Part shown: piece after piece, positions 1 through 9,144 of the stretch
Layout: every line of letters begins with the position of its first letter
How positions within the stretch are numbered: position 1 is the first letter of the stretch
Source of the DNA: Mycobacteriales bacterium
Lineage (GTDB): Bacteria > Actinomycetota > Actinomycetes > Mycobacteriales > CADCTP01
Direction of reading: 5' to 3'
Length of the DNA stretch: 64,000 nt
Assembly (NCBI GenBank): GCA_036558285.1
Contig: DATBFW010000133.1
Span: 102 to 64,101, forward strand
The notes under the pieces: model-generated
The model's database searches: none
What the model was told of the DNA's origin: nothing
The model's input: the letters and a program-made list of their open reading frames with translations, nothing else
Position numbers and translations under genes: made by a program

Positions 1-829
1 TGGCGTTGACGACCAGCGTGCCGGTGTCGGAGTTGTACGCGGCCTTCGTCACGAGCACCTGGTCGGTCAGCGTGACGTTCACGGTCGTCTGTGGACGGTC
101 CGAGACGTTCGTGACCTGAATCGAGGCCAGCGGGTTGGCGCCGGTGAACGCGACCCGGCCGAAGTAGTTGCCTGTGGCGTCGGCCTTCAGCTTGGTGGTG
201 CTGATGCCGGTGCCGGAGACCTGGATGGCCTGGTCGGCCTGCGAGGTCGCGAACGCGTCGACGAACCCGCCGCTGGTCGTGGACCGGGTGTAGGTCACCT
301 GGGTCGGAGCGACGCCGGCGTTGGTGGCCACCCGGCCCTGCACGGAGAACAGGGTGGTCTGGATGGTGTTCACGCCAGGACCGCCGATGTCCGGCCCGTC
401 GATCCGGAAGAAGTTGGTGCCCAGGTCCGAACCGGTGACCGCGTGCGGCGTGTTCGGGTCACCGAGGTACGAGGCGCCGTCCGGGCCCTTGACGAGACCG
501 GTGTCCCAACGCAGGAACGGGTTCACCCGCGAACCCAGCGCGCCGGTGAAGTTGCCGGGCTCGCCGATGCCGATGTCCTCGGTGAAGTTGATGTTCCGGG
601 TGGCCGTGTCGGTCACGTCGAACGCGTCGACCCCGTACGGGTGGGTGATCACGTAGTGGCCGGTGGTCGGGGTGGTGATCCGGATCCGGATCCGGCCGAA
701 GGTGTGCTGCCCACGAAGAAGCTGGTCACGACCGTGATCGCAGCGACGAGGCCGGCGAGGGCCCTGCGCCGCGATCCGGGTAACAACTGCGGTGCACGCA
801 TCGGGATAATCCCTTCCTCGAGGGAACAT
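1..829 (-). CDS. secreted hypothetical protein, C-terminus beyond left window edge; apparent frameshift between signal peptide and mature domain
   Basis: The minus frame is open from pos 1 to ATG 829. It encodes ...RIRIRITTPTTGHYVITHPYGVDAFDVTDTATRNINFTEDIGIGEPGNF... with almost only G/C at codon position 3. A different frame from ATG 801 (RBS GGAAGGG) encodes the twin-arginine-type signal peptide MRAPQLLPGSRRRALAGLVAAITVVTSFFVGSTPSA and stops at 649-651. Confidence 0.6.
   Translation of the reverse strand, partial: MFPRGRDYPDACTAVVTRIAAQGPRRPRRCDHGRDQLLRGQHTFGRIRIRITTPTTGHYVITHPYGVDAFDVTDTATRNINFTEDIGIGEPGNFTGALGSRVNPFLRWDTGLVKGPDGASYLGDPNTPHAVTGSDLGTNFFRIDGPDIGGPGVNTIQTTLFSVQGRVATNAGVAPTQVTYTRSTTSGGFVDAFATSQADQAIQVSGTGISTTKLKADATGNYFGRVAFTGANPLASIQVTNVSDRPQTTVNVTLTDQVLVTKAAYNSDTGTLVVNA
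677..695. repeat. hexanucleotide microsatellite (GATCCG)x3
   Basis: gatccggatccggatccgg read directly. It lies exactly where coding signal switches frame in the 1-829 gene. Confidence 0.85.
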
Positions 830-927
830 CGGTACTAATGCACCATGCAGCTACTTAGGATGACGAGGTAGACCAAGGTGAGGGACTTTGTTTCCCTAAT
901 CTTGGGGATTACTAGAGAATCCACGGG

Positions 928-1644
928 CTAGAGCCGGAGGCGGGCCTCGTGAAGTCGCTCGTAGTGGGGGCGGCTGCGCTGGGCGGCCGCGAGGGCGCTG
1001 CCGGCCAGGTTGACCTGGCGCGGGCGGTACGGCTGGAAGCCGGTGGAGGCGAGGACGGCGTCGTACCAGTGGGGGGCCCAGATGCCGTCGGACGCGCGGC
1101 CGCCGGGGGCCCAGTGCAGCATGCGGTCGGTGAAGTCGACGCCGACGTGGTCGCAGAGCCAGCGGAGGTACGCCTCCGGCTTGCGCAGGAAGTCCGCGGC
1201 GTCGATGACCGGGACGTCCGCGCCCAGTTGGTCGTAGAGCTCGGTCTGCTGGACGAGGCCGATGTCCTCGGCGACGACGTCGGCTCGGGAGCGGACGTAG
1301 GAGGCGACGACCTCCGCGGGGTCGCGGATCAGCAGCACGTTCGTCAGCGACGGGATCCAGTCGCGGGGCAGCTGGGGGATGAGGTGGTGGGTCATGTGCT
1401 TCTGGTAGTAGACGCCGCTCTCGACCGGGGCGGTCAGGTCGGCGACGACGGCCCGCCAGGAGGTCTCGCCGGCGGCGATCACCTCGTCGCGGGCGGGGTG
1501 GTTCAGGCCCGTCTCGCTGAGGTAGTAGGCGTAGAGCGGCTCGTCGACGACGCGGGTGTCGGGTCGGTTCTCCCACGACCGCAGCAGGGCGGTGGAGATG
1601 TTGCGCGGACCCGACCACATCGCCAGGCGCACCCCGTCGGTCAC
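928..1644 (-). CDS. sulfotransferase family protein
   Basis: C-terminal part of ORF 928..2433: (V)TDGVRLAMWSGPRNISTALLRSWENR... (PAPS-binding-loop-like WSGPRNIST). GTG 1644 overlaps the upstream stop (GTGA). Alternative ATG at 1620. Confidence 0.8.
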   Translation of the reverse strand: MTDGVRLAMWSGPRNISTALLRSWENRPDTRVVDEPLYAYYLSETGLNHPARDEVIAAGETSWRAVVADLTAPVESGVYYQKHMTHHLIPQLPRDWIPSLTNVLLIRDPAEVVASYVRSRADVVAEDIGLVQQTELYDQLGADVPVIDAADFLRKPEAYLRWLCDHVGVDFTDRMLHWAPGGRASDGIWAPHWYDAVLASTGFQPYRPRQVNLAGSALAAAQRSRPHYERLHEARLRL

Positions 1645-2585
1645 GGCGCGCGCCGCCCGGCGACGTCCTCGCGGACGAGGGCGCGGTAGAGGCCCTGCAG
1701 TCGTTCGACCATCGGCCCGCGACCACCGGAGCCGATGCGGCGGCCGTCCACGGTGTGTACGGGCACCAGGCCGGCGAACGTACCGGTGACGAAGGCCTCG
1801 TCGGCGCTGTAGACCTCGGTGAGGCTGAAACTGCGCTCCCGGGCCGGGATGCCCGCGCGGGCACAGATCCGCAGGACGTTGGCGCGGGTGATGCCGCCGA
1901 GGCAGTACATGCCGGTCGAGGTCCACACCTCCCCGCCGCGCACGATGAAGAAGTGCGTCGAGTTGCAGGTGGCGACGAAGCCCTGCGGGTCGAGCATCAA
2001 CGCCTCGTCCGCGCCGGCGGTGTAGGCCTGGATGCAGGCCGTGATGTCGTTGAGCTTGCTGTGCGAGTTGAGCTTCGGGTCGAGCGTGTCCGGCTGGGCC
2101 CGGCGTACGTGGACGGTGAACAGCGACAGGCCGCGCTCGACGGTCGCCGGCAGCGGGTCCTTGTGCTCCGCGATGATCACGAGCGTGGCCGGGCCGGCCG
2201 ACATGCGCGGGTCCTGGTACGGCGTCGACTTCGGTCCGCGGGTCACCATCAGCCGGACGTGGACGCCGTCGCCGTCCATGCTGTTCGCCTGCAGCGTCCG
2301 GTAGATCTCGGCGGTCAGCTCGTCCCGGCTGCGGCCGATGTCGAGCGCGATGGCGGCGGCGCCCTCCCACAGCCGGTCCAGGTGCTGCTCGACGAACGCG
2401 GGATGCCCGGCGCTGACGCGCAGCCCCTCCCACACGCCGTCGCCGAGGACGAAGCCCGCGTCGAAGACGCTCACCACCGCCTCTGACCGCGGCACGAGCC
2501 GACCGTTGACGTTGATCAGGATCTGCGCGTTGCGCGGGTCGTCGGCGTGGTCGTGGGTGCCGTGGGCGGGAGACGCGTCAGTCAC
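1641..2585 (-). CDS. class IV (branched-chain/D-amino-acid type) PLP aminotransferase
   Basis: 314-aa ORF with fold-type IV pattern: NVNGRLVPRSEAVVSVFDAGFVLGDGVWEGLRV, HVRLMVTRG, NSHSKLNDI, DEALMLD, FFIVRGGEVWT, CLGGITR. Confidence 0.9.
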   Translation of the reverse strand: MTDASPAHGTHDHADDPRNAQILINVNGRLVPRSEAVVSVFDAGFVLGDGVWEGLRVSAGHPAFVEQHLDRLWEGAAAIALDIGRSRDELTAEIYRTLQANSMDGDGVHVRLMVTRGPKSTPYQDPRMSAGPATLVIIAEHKDPLPATVERGLSLFTVHVRRAQPDTLDPKLNSHSKLNDITACIQAYTAGADEALMLDPQGFVATCNSTHFFIVRGGEVWTSTGMYCLGGITRANVLRICARAGIPARERSFSLTEVYSADEAFVTGTFAGLVPVHTVDGRRIGSGGRGPMVERLQGLYRALVREDVAGRRAP

Positions 2586-3381
2586 GCCTGTGTTCTACCG
2601 CGAGCTCCCGGAGCTGGTCCTCGGCGGCGCTGGCGATCCGGGGCGATACCCCGAGCTCCCGCAGCTGCTCGGCGGACGCGGCCATCTCCTCGGCGCGACG
2701 GCGGGCGTGCTTCCGGCTGCCGCTGACCAGCCGGTCCAGCGTGCGCTCGTCGAAGCCGGCCATCTCGCCGGCGATGTTCTGCTGGAGCCAGTCCACGCAC
2801 CCGGCTGCCTCGGCGCCGTCGAGCGCCTCCACGACCGCCGCGGCGACACCCTTGTAGAAGACGCTGCGCAGCAGCTTCCGCGAGATCGCCGTACCCACCG
2901 GGCCGTCGACCACCTCGACCGACGCGCCGAACGAGCGCACTATCCCGGCGAAACGGGCGGCGGCCGGGCCGGCGGCGGCCATCGGCGTCCGGAGTCCGCT
3001 GCCGAGCACGGTCGCCATCAGCGCCACGTCGACCACCTCGACGCCGCGGGCAGACCCGATCTCCGCCAGTTGCCGCTTGAGCTCCGGCGACGTGGTGTTC
3101 ATCTCGGCCCACAGCGTCCCCGGCCGCAGCACCGGCAGGGCGTTGTCGAGGGCCTCGCGAGCGTCGCGGGCGCTGTTCACGCTCAGGACGACGTCGGCGT
3201 CCCGGACGGCGTCGGCCTCGTCCGTACGGGCCGGCACGGTCGGCGGCGCCGGGACCAGCGGGTCGAACCCGCGGACGTCCGCGCCGGCCGCGACGAGGTC
3301 GGCGGCGATCGCGGACCCCGCCTCCCCGAGACCGAGGATCCCGATCGCGACCGTGGGCCGCGCCTGCGGTGCTGAGCTCAT
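2578..3381 (-). CDS. NAD(P)-dependent oxidoreductase (6-phosphogluconate-dehydrogenase-type NAD-binding domain)
   Basis: 267-aa ORF with N-terminal Rossmann motif VAIGILGLGEAGSAIAADL. 8-nt overlap with the downstream aminotransferase gene. Confidence 0.8.
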   Translation of the reverse strand: MSSAPQARPTVAIGILGLGEAGSAIAADLVAAGADVRGFDPLVPAPPTVPARTDEADAVRDADVVLSVNSARDAREALDNALPVLRPGTLWAEMNTTSPELKRQLAEIGSARGVEVVDVALMATVLGSGLRTPMAAAGPAAARFAGIVRSFGASVEVVDGPVGTAISRKLLRSVFYKGVAAAVVEALDGAEAAGCVDWLQQNIAGEMAGFDERTLDRLVSGSRKHARRRAEEMAASAEQLRELGVSPRIASAAEDQLRELAVEHRRD

Positions 3382-3595
3382 CGGGGTTGCCTTTCCGCTA
3401 CTCGGCAGGCGACGTCCGCTCCTGAATCCGCGAACCGCCTGCGGCTATGACCGGGCGGCGCCGTGCTGGGAAGCGGCTTTCCGGCGTCATTCGATGCTAG
3501 CTATTCCTCGACGGACCCGTGCCGCGACCGGGTACGTCGTCCGACAGGCCATCTCGGAGCCGGGGTCCCGGCGGCCGTAGCAGTATGTTGGCCGC

Positions 3596-4108
3596 GTGCC
3601 GAGGAGCCTTGTCGAGGGCAAGGCATGGATCTCGCACCTGGTGGCGCGGCTGCGGCCGGCGACCGTTCTCGACGTCGGCCCCGGCCAGGGCACCTATTCC
3701 GATCTGTTGCGCGGCTGCACGCCGGGAGCGTCCTGGAGCTGCGTCGAGATCTTCGCGCCGTACGTCGAGATGTTCGACCTGCACAGCAAGTACGACCACG
3801 TGTACGTGGCGGACATCAGGCGCTTCTCCTGGCCCGGCAATTTCGACGTGGTGATCCTGGGCGACGTCCTCGAACACATGGTTCTGTCGGACGCGCTCGC
3901 GGCCTGGGCGGCGGTGCGGGCGCACGCCAGGCACGTCGTCCTCTCGATCCCGATCGTCGAGTATCCGCAGGGAGTGCACTACGGGAACGAGCACGAGGTG
4001 CACCTGGAGGTCTGGGACCACGAGACCGTCCTCGAGCAGTTGCCCGGTGTGCGGTGCTGGCGGCGGTACCGGTCGATCGGTGTCTACTGGGCCGACGGGC
4101 ACGCGTGA
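3596..4108 (+). CDS. class I SAM-dependent methyltransferase
   Basis: 170-aa ORF with motif I VLDVGPGQGTY and post-I/II FDVVILGDVLEH. GTG start. Confidence 0.8.
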   Translation: MPRSLVEGKAWISHLVARLRPATVLDVGPGQGTYSDLLRGCTPGASWSCVEIFAPYVEMFDLHSKYDHVYVADIRRFSWPGNFDVVILGDVLEHMVLSDALAAWAAVRAHARHVVLSIPIVEYPQGVHYGNEHEVHLEVWDHETVLEQLPGVRCWRRYRSIGVYWADGHA

Positions 4109-4119
4109 CGGCCCGACCC

Positions 4120-6915
4120 TCAGTCGGTCGTCCGGCGGGTGATCTCAGGTCGGCGCCACACCTCGGCGAACCGGCGGCGGGTGAACAGCACGCTGTCGCG
4201 GGCGACCGGCCGCACGGCCGCGGTGTTCTCGGCGTGCTGGGCGAATGCGCGGGAGATCTGCCGATGACCGATCGTCTGCTGCCCCTTCGGCCCGCACAAC
4301 CGGAACTCGCAGGCGCAGTCGACGTCCAGCATCGTCACCGTGTGCGCGGGCGAGACGAAGCAGCGCGGCAGCTTGTGCGAGGTCAGCGCAAGCACGCGGG
4401 CGTCCACTCGACGCGCGTCCTGCTCGGTCAGCGGTGCGCTGGGCTTCCCCTGGTGCTCCTGCACCGCCCGCGCGTGTTCGCCCTCCGCGAGGTTGATCAG
4501 GAGCGTGGACAGGCCGAGCAGCCGATGGGCCTCCGCCGACAGCGAGAAGCCGCCGTCCACGAGCGCCTGGACGTCGTCGAACCAGATGTCGCGAGCGGCC
4601 ACGGCGCGCCGCTCACGGGCGGTGGCGTCGCCGGCTCGGGCGCCGGCATCGGCCGCGCGCCGGGACAGGGCGATCGCCTCGCGGACGAACGGATGCCGGA
4701 CGGCCGAGCCGGCCGGAGCCGAACCGGCCGGTGAGGCAAGGGCAACGGCTTGCCGCAGCGCCTGCTCGCTGACCCAGGAGCGTGCCCGGCCGAGCACGAG
4801 CACGGCTTCGGCCAGCCAGGGCGGATCGTTGCCGGGCGGCCGGCTGAGGGCCGCCACGCTGGCCAGCTTGTAGCCCTCGGCGAGCGAGATCTCCAGACCG
4901 GGGTCGGGCAGCGTCTCCGGGCTGCCGTCGGCTGCGGTCAGGATCCGGCCGAGTTCCTGCAGCAGCCTCAGTGCATCGGCGCGCGCCGGGCCGGTCAGTT
5001 GGTCGACCAGTGAGGGCAGCACCCAGGACAGCGACGCGACCGGCAGCCCGCACTGGATCCAGTAGGGCTTGGTCAGGCGCGCGCGGGCACTCAGGTCGGC
5101 GTCCTCGGCCTCCTTCACCAGGTCCGTCCACGATGCCGCCAGCTCCGCCCAGGCGACCGCCCCCATCGCCGCCAGCTTCGCGCTGATCGCCCGGCGCAGT
5201 CGGTAGGAGTGCGACTCGAAGCGCGGCGGCACGACCTGCTCCCAGAGGAACCGGGCGATGTCGGGCTGGGCGTCGACGACGTCGACGAACAGCAGCCGGG
5301 CTTCATCTGTCGCCGGTTGCCAGGTCCGGCGCAGCGCCGCCAGTTCCTCGTCGCCGACGATGATCGAACGACCGTCGGTCTGCTGGGCTCGCAGCACCGC
5401 CGAGATCATGTCGAGCGAGAGATCGCCTACGCTGCCCTTCTTCAGCCGCTGCAGGACGGTGAGGAACGAGCGGTCCGGATGCTCGCCGCCCGCGGCGGCC
5501 AGCAGCAGCGCGGCGGTGAGCGCGTCGACGGTCGGCTGCGGGACGCCGGGCGTGAGCAGGTCCGCCCACCGCTCGCTGTCGAGCCCGAAGCCGACCGCGC
5601 CGGCCAATGCCAGCCAGCGCGGATGGGTGAACTGCAGGCACGGGTCGACGGCATCGCCGGTGATGTCGAGGACCCCGCGCCGGCTCAGCTGGGAGACGCC
5701 GCTGGCGAACTGCAGCTCTTCGGCGGCGCTGAGCTCCCGGGTCACGTCGCGCCACAGGATCGTGAGGTCCTGCCGGTAGTGGGCCTGCACGCCCACCAGG
5801 CCGAGCGTGCGAGCGACCCGGGAGTCAGCGGCGTCCGCCCGGCAGGGGTCATTGCCGGTGGCCTTCTCGTACAGCCAGGCGAGCTCGTGGTCGGCGACGC
5901 ACCGGGACCCGAACACGCCCCGTACGGCGTGGTCGGACTCGGCACCGGCCCGGACGCGGTCGGCGACGATGTCGGCCGCGATGTCGACGAACCACGGGTC
6001 GCCGACATGCTCGCCGTCGCTGACCACCGCCGCCGCGAACTCGGTCGTCTCCGGGCCGGCATCGGTTCCCCTCCGCGCGAGCGCCTTCTCCAGGTGCGCG
6101 CCGAGGTCCTGCTCCGGCTGACCGGCCACCCGGATGACAGCGACCTCGCTGAACGTGGGCGCCAACTCCTCGGAGACCGAGCCGACGAACGGCAGCCGCT
6201 CGTCGAGGCAGGACCGGATCAGCGCCTGCACCGTGGCGCGGCGGGCCGACCGGGGCTTGCCCTCGACGACCTTGTCCAGGCCGAGGATGAGGACCACGAC
6301 CCTGGCGCGGTCGGCCTCCCGCAGGAAGAGCCGTTCCGCCCGGGCGTCGTCCCCGCTCGCGCCGGCCAGCCGCGAGACGAACGTCGTCCGGCTCAGCGCC
6401 GGGACGGAACTGCCCGCGTCGCAGTCGGATACGTCGATGACTATCGGCATCAGCCCGGCCCGGACCATCCACGCCGGCAGCATCCGCTCCAGCTCCGGCG
6501 AGAGCGCGCCGGCATCGGTCACGACCAGCAGCGGGCGCGGTGGCCTCGCGGTCATGAGCTGGGTCACCACGCTCTGCACGAACCGGTGGGACGGCGTGGC
6601 CGGCTCCGGTGCGTCGGGCATCGACCGGTAGCGGGCAAGGTAGCGGCTCTTCGCCGCGCTGAAGCGCAGCCGGAAGCCGAGCCAGGCGGCCAGTGCGAGC
6701 AGCGCCACGGACACCGCACTGATGGCCTGCGCCTGCAGCAGCGGGAGCAGCCCGGTCGTTTCCTTGCTCGCGCTCGGCGACAGCACGCCGAACGTGATCA
6801 GCACGAGCAGTCCGACGACGATCATGCCGAGCAGCAGGTTCGTCGACGAGCCTCGGACCACCGCGATGCCGTGCTGCACCGCGTTCCGCAGTCGGATGCG
6901 AGCGCGCGAGCTCAT
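4120..6915 (-). CDS. large membrane-anchored hypothetical protein (931 aa) with STAND/NACHT-like but Walker-A-less central region and helical-repeat C-terminus
   Basis: Lower part of ORF 4120..7515. ATG 6915 overlaps the SDR stop (ATGA at 6912-6915). MSSRARIRLRN..., two hydrophobic helices (LLLGMIVVGLLVLITFGVL, ISAVSVALLALAAWLGF), then RPLLVVTDAGAL, MPIVIDVSD, RVVVLILGLDKV. C-terminal C-x14-C-x-C-x4-C cluster. Confidence 0.75.
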   Translation of the reverse strand: MSSRARIRLRNAVQHGIAVVRGSSTNLLLGMIVVGLLVLITFGVLSPSASKETTGLLPLLQAQAISAVSVALLALAAWLGFRLRFSAAKSRYLARYRSMPDAPEPATPSHRFVQSVVTQLMTARPPRPLLVVTDAGALSPELERMLPAWMVRAGLMPIVIDVSDCDAGSSVPALSRTTFVSRLAGASGDDARAERLFLREADRARVVVLILGLDKVVEGKPRSARRATVQALIRSCLDERLPFVGSVSEELAPTFSEVAVIRVAGQPEQDLGAHLEKALARRGTDAGPETTEFAAAVVSDGEHVGDPWFVDIAADIVADRVRAGAESDHAVRGVFGSRCVADHELAWLYEKATGNDPCRADAADSRVARTLGLVGVQAHYRQDLTILWRDVTRELSAAEELQFASGVSQLSRRGVLDITGDAVDPCLQFTHPRWLALAGAVGFGLDSERWADLLTPGVPQPTVDALTAALLLAAAGGEHPDRSFLTVLQRLKKGSVGDLSLDMISAVLRAQQTDGRSIIVGDEELAALRRTWQPATDEARLLFVDVVDAQPDIARFLWEQVVPPRFESHSYRLRRAISAKLAAMGAVAWAELAASWTDLVKEAEDADLSARARLTKPYWIQCGLPVASLSWVLPSLVDQLTGPARADALRLLQELGRILTAADGSPETLPDPGLEISLAEGYKLASVAALSRPPGNDPPWLAEAVLVLGRARSWVSEQALRQAVALASPAGSAPAGSAVRHPFVREAIALSRRAADAGARAGDATARERRAVAARDIWFDDVQALVDGGFSLSAEAHRLLGLSTLLINLAEGEHARAVQEHQGKPSAPLTEQDARRVDARVLALTSHKLPRCFVSPAHTVTMLDVDCACEFRLCGPKGQQTIGHRQISRAFAQHAENTAAVRPVARDSVLFTRRRFAEVWRRPEITRRTTD

Positions 6916-7670
6916 CGGATCAACGTCTGCCCGTTGTCGAGGACGACCGTCGTACCGGTCAGTCCTGGCATGTCGAGCGCCATCGCGGTCAGCGAGTGCG
7001 CGACGTCGTCCGGTGTCAGCACGCGGCGGAGCGGGGCCCTCTCCGCGACGGCAGCCAGGTCGTGTCGCCGGCCGCGGACCTCGGCGAGATACCGGAGGTT
7101 CTCGGTGTCGACCGTGCCCAGCGCGAGGCAGTTGATCCGCACTCCCTCGGCACCGAGCGGCACGGCCAGCGCAGCCACCAGACCGTGCAGGCCCGCCTTC
7201 GCGGCGGAGTAGCCCGGCGCGCCGTAGCCGCCGTACGCGTTGATCGACCCGACGAGCGTGATCGACCGGTCGCCGGACTGGCGGCGCAGCAGCGGCACCG
7301 CATTCCGCACCGTCACGAAGGCCAGGTGCAGGTTGTTCTCGACCACCCGGCTGAAGATGTCGAGGCTTTCGGTGGCCGGATCCGGCTGCGAGAGCTCGTC
7401 GACGTCGCCTCCGCCGGCGATCGCGATGACGTGGCGCACCCCCGGCAGGTCCGCCGCGTCCAGGCGCCGAGCGACGTCCGCGTCGTCGGTCAGGTCGACG
7501 GTGATCTCGTGGCACACGACGGCGGCGACGTCGCCCGGGAGCGGACGTCGGTCCATCGCGATCACCCGCGCGCCGCGGGCCGCGAGGACGGCCACCGTCT
7601 GTCGCCCGATGTCGCCGAAGGCTCCGGTCACGAGCACGGCCGGACCGACGTCGGTGCCGGGTTCGGGCAT
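6912..7670 (-). CDS. SDR family oxidoreductase
   Basis: 252-aa ORF with VLVTGAFGDIGRQ (TGxxxGIG) and catalytic YSAAK. Confidence 0.9.
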   Translation of the reverse strand: MPEPGTDVGPAVLVTGAFGDIGRQTVAVLAARGARVIAMDRRPLPGDVAAVVCHEITVDLTDDADVARRLDAADLPGVRHVIAIAGGGDVDELSQPDPATESLDIFSRVVENNLHLAFVTVRNAVPLLRRQSGDRSITLVGSINAYGGYGAPGYSAAKAGLHGLVAALAVPLGAEGVRINCLALGTVDTENLRYLAEVRGRRHDLAAVAERAPLRRVLTPDDVAHSLTAMALDMPGLTGTTVVLDNGQTLIR

Positions 7671-7719
7671 GCGCTTTCTCCTCGCATCGGCCCCACTACG
7701 CTGCTGCGATGCTCACAGG

Positions 7720-9123
7720 ATGGCATCCGGTGAGATCATCCACAGCCTGTCCTTCTATCCGCGCGGCGGCTCTGCGCAGGTAGTGCGATATCTCGCCGCT
7801 GCCCAGCAGCAGCTGGGTTGGCGTCCGTGGATCGTCTCGGGATCGCTGGGCCGCCACGGGGACATCGGCCACGCGGCAACGTTCTTCAGCGGGCTGCCCG
7901 TCGTGGCGGCCGACTTCGGGCCCGCGGTCGCCGCTTGGCGCCGGGGACGCGACCCGATGACCCAGCCGGTGCCGATGCACCCGTCGTACGAGGATCGCCC
8001 GGATGCGCCGGACCGGGTCTTCGCCTCGCTCTCGCCCGCGCTCGCCGAGCACCAGGTCCGCAGCTGGCAGCGGGTGCTGGAGCGGGGCCGGCCGCGGGCG
8101 CCGGCGGTGCTGCACCTGCACCACCTCACCCCCCTGCACGAAGCGGCCACCGGACGGTTCCCGGGTACGCCTGTCGTCACGCACCTGCACGGCACCGAGC
8201 TGTTGATGCTGGAGAGGATCGTCGCCGGGAACGTGCCGTCCTCGTGGTCGCATGCGGACTACTGGCTGCGCCGGCTGCGCGGGACCGCCGGCCGCAGCGA
8301 TCACGTCGTCACCCTGTCCGCCGACCACGCCGAGCGCGCCCGGGCGGTCCTCGGGGTACCGGACGACCGGGTGAGCGTCGTGCCGAACGGGGTCGACACA
8401 GACCGGTTCCACCCGATTCGGCTCGGCACGGCCGAGCGGCTGGCCCTGCTCCGCCGGTGGCTCGTCGACGACCCGCAGGGCTGGGATGCCAGCGGCCGTG
8501 CGGGCAGCATCCGCTACACGCTCGCGGATCTGTCGGCGTTCGTCGACGGTGACCGGCCGCGGCCGGTGCTGCTGTTCGTCGGTCGGTTCACCGCCGTCAA
8601 GCGGCTGCCGTTGCTGCTGCGGGCGTACGCCCGGGTGCGGGCGCGACTCGGTGCCGTGGCGCCGCTGCTCGTATGGGGTGGCCACCCGGGCGAGTGGGAG
8701 GGGCCGCATCCGGCCTGCCTGGCCGGCCCGGCGGCGAAGGGCGGCGTCTTCTTCGTCGGCTGGCGGGGTCACGACGAGCTGCCCGCCGGCTTCGCCTGCG
8801 CCGACCTGCTGGTGGCACCGTCGGTGGGCGAGGCGTTCGGCACGGTCTACCTGGAGGCCATGGCCGCCGGGCTGCCGGTGCTCGCGACCCGTACCGGAGG
8901 CCCCGCCACGTTCGTCAACGTCGACGGGGACGCGCCGGTGGGCTGGCTGGTGCCGCCCGACGACGAGGACGCGATCGTCGCTGCGATCGTCGAGGCGCTG
9001 ACCGATGCGCCCGGCAGGGTGGCCCGCGGACGGGCGGCCAGCGAGTATGCGCGGCGGTGGTACTCGTGGCCGCGGGTCGCCGCGGCGGTGTCGGAGATCT
9101 ACGGATCGGTACACGCTCGGTGA
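7720..9123 (+). CDS. glycosyltransferase family 4
   Basis: In-frame ATG 7720 inside ORF 7240..9123: MASGEIIHSLSFYPRGGSAQVV..., C-terminal GT-B motif PSVGEAFGTVYLEAMAAGLPVLATRTGG. Upstream part of the ORF is a shadow of the SDR gene. Confidence 0.85.
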   Translation: MASGEIIHSLSFYPRGGSAQVVRYLAAAQQQLGWRPWIVSGSLGRHGDIGHAATFFSGLPVVAADFGPAVAAWRRGRDPMTQPVPMHPSYEDRPDAPDRVFASLSPALAEHQVRSWQRVLERGRPRAPAVLHLHHLTPLHEAATGRFPGTPVVTHLHGTELLMLERIVAGNVPSSWSHADYWLRRLRGTAGRSDHVVTLSADHAERARAVLGVPDDRVSVVPNGVDTDRFHPIRLGTAERLALLRRWLVDDPQGWDASGRAGSIRYTLADLSAFVDGDRPRPVLLFVGRFTAVKRLPLLLRAYARVRARLGAVAPLLVWGGHPGEWEGPHPACLAGPAAKGGVFFVGWRGHDELPAGFACADLLVAPSVGEAFGTVYLEAMAAGLPVLATRTGGPATFVNVDGDAPVGWLVPPDDEDAIVAAIVEALTDAPGRVARGRAASEYARRWYSWPRVAAAVSEIYGSVHAR

Positions 9124-9144
9124 GGATCCTGCCCGGCGGGCTAG

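Noticed and set aside
6916-7515. N-terminal 200-aa extension of the 1131-aa ORF 4120..7515.
   Set aside because: It overlaps the SDR gene out of frame and is RRRGRR-type junk. ATG 6915, in an ATGA overlap with the SDR stop, is followed directly by a plausible TM-containing N-terminus.
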